Assembly: GCA_973895155.1 (NCBI GenBank)
Contig: OZ316892.1
Coordinates: forward strand, 8,539,251-8,603,250
Reading direction: 5' to 3'
Source: Marsupella aquatica
Lineage: Eukaryota > Plantae > Marchantiophyta
Length of the DNA stretch: 64,000 nucleotides
Shown: positions 63,001 to 64,000 of the stretch, piece by piece
Position numbering within the stretch: position 1 is the stretch's first letter
How the letters are laid out: every line of letters begins with the position of its first letter
Translations under genes and position numbers: made by a program
Notes under the pieces: generated by a model
Seen by the model: the letters and a program-made list of their open reading frames with translations, nothing else
The model's database searches: none
Told to the model about the DNA's origin: nothing

Positions 63001-63402
63001 AAACAGATACGATTTGAATTGAGGTGATTCGAATCGAAATAGATTGAACGGGGACAGGAAAACGCAGACAAGGATTCCAAGAATAGATGAGTCGTACCAA
63101 TGCCAATCCAGACCCAGTACAGTGGTGACAAACTGCACGGAGATGGCCTCCAAGATAAGAGCGCTGAGCATGAACAGCAAACTGCCCACAAAAACTCCCA
63201 CACATCTCAGCTCCTTCTTCCAGTGGGGATAGAAGGGCGCCCGAGAAGCCAACGCTACAGCCAGAAATCCCCACAGCCATGGCTGCAGCCTACGATGCAA
63301 ATCCGGCTTCAGTTCTCGTAAGTAGTCCACTGTGATGTACGCCACTGCTGCGACCCCCACCGCCTTTGGCATCGGCGTCCATCCCATTCCCCACCTGCCC
63401 AT
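60075..63402 (-). CDS. PLM: PHLOEM UNLOADING MODULATOR-like sphingomyelin-synthase/PAP2-family membrane protein, about 434 aa
   Basis: Exons 63402-63098, 61637-61243, 60961-60750 and 60467-60075, all GT-AG and phase-consistent (1305 nt). Motifs VLGLDWH, PLPDTGQW, APGMGLGARY, SARPWC, WAQKYY, GGGCNDLIFSGH, AQREIRERHHYSVD and AAKDGD match Arabidopsis At1g43580 (PLM) as recalled. Confidence 0.93.
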
Positions 63403-64000
63403 CTCTTCCCTTCTCCCAACCAACCAACCAACACAATATTGGAATGCAATCTATCCTCTCCTCATCAGATTTGTGGATTCGTCATAGCAGAATCCTTCTT
63501 CTGCTCCGCCCAGACATCAAACAGCCAGCCCCTTACTGACTCCTCTCCAGGTTGTTGAGAGAGCTCAATTCCATCTCTCCAATTTCATCGTTTCACGTCA
63601 ATCTCTCCAAGTCGTGGACATATCTCGTCATTTCCAGCGAACAAGGATCAACCTGACAACAAGACTATTGCCTCTCCTGTTTCTCGTTTTCTCCTTCCAA
63701 TGGCAACCTGTGTGCATCTCTGGATGTGCCATAGCGCTGCTGCTGTCCCTATTGGCTGACATTTCTGTTGCCATGGCTCAATTGGCCGGCTGTGGGATTC
63801 CAACTCCATCCACTCATCCCGTCGTTCTCTATGCCTGACCAAAATTCCAGGAAAGTCTATGCGCCTCAGAATCTGTGTCAAAATTTGTTGTTGAAGGCAG
63901 CGCAATCGGCACACGCCTGTGCTGCAATGGGTACGAGACCCTTCCTCCTCCCATCTTCTACTTCTGACTCGAGCAAAACCACCCTTCTCTTGTCCATTTC

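Overview
Eukaryotic land-plant nuclear DNA; the spliceosomal introns, the (TTTAGGG)n motif and the ZNF862-like hAT family suggest a bryophyte or lycophyte, but the lineage is an inference. From left to right: (1) a full-length but inactivated 8.1-kb autonomous-type Helitron (168-8272, minus) with both termini, an intron-containing Rep/PIF1-helicase gene and several internal tandem arrays. (2) About 18 kb of mostly non-coding DNA with decayed transposon relics. (3) A 7.9-kb hAT transposon (26061-33971, TIRs plus 8-bp TSD) whose transposase is split by a 3.83-kb TG...CA insertion with a perfect 5-bp TSD (28256-32086). That insertion looks like a solo LTR but carries a ~620-codon gene of its own. 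(4) More relics and local duplications. (5) A convergent pair of intact host genes: an NDL/NDRG (SF21-like) alpha/beta-hydrolase-fold gene (+, 7 coding exons) and a PLM-like sphingomyelin-synthase-family gene (-, 4 exons). The most unusual observations are the gene-bearing solo-LTR-like insert, a telomere-repeat filler at a deletion in the Helitron gene, and a head-to-tail array of Tourist-like TIR ends in an NDL intron. All calls come from reading the sequence; no database searches were run.
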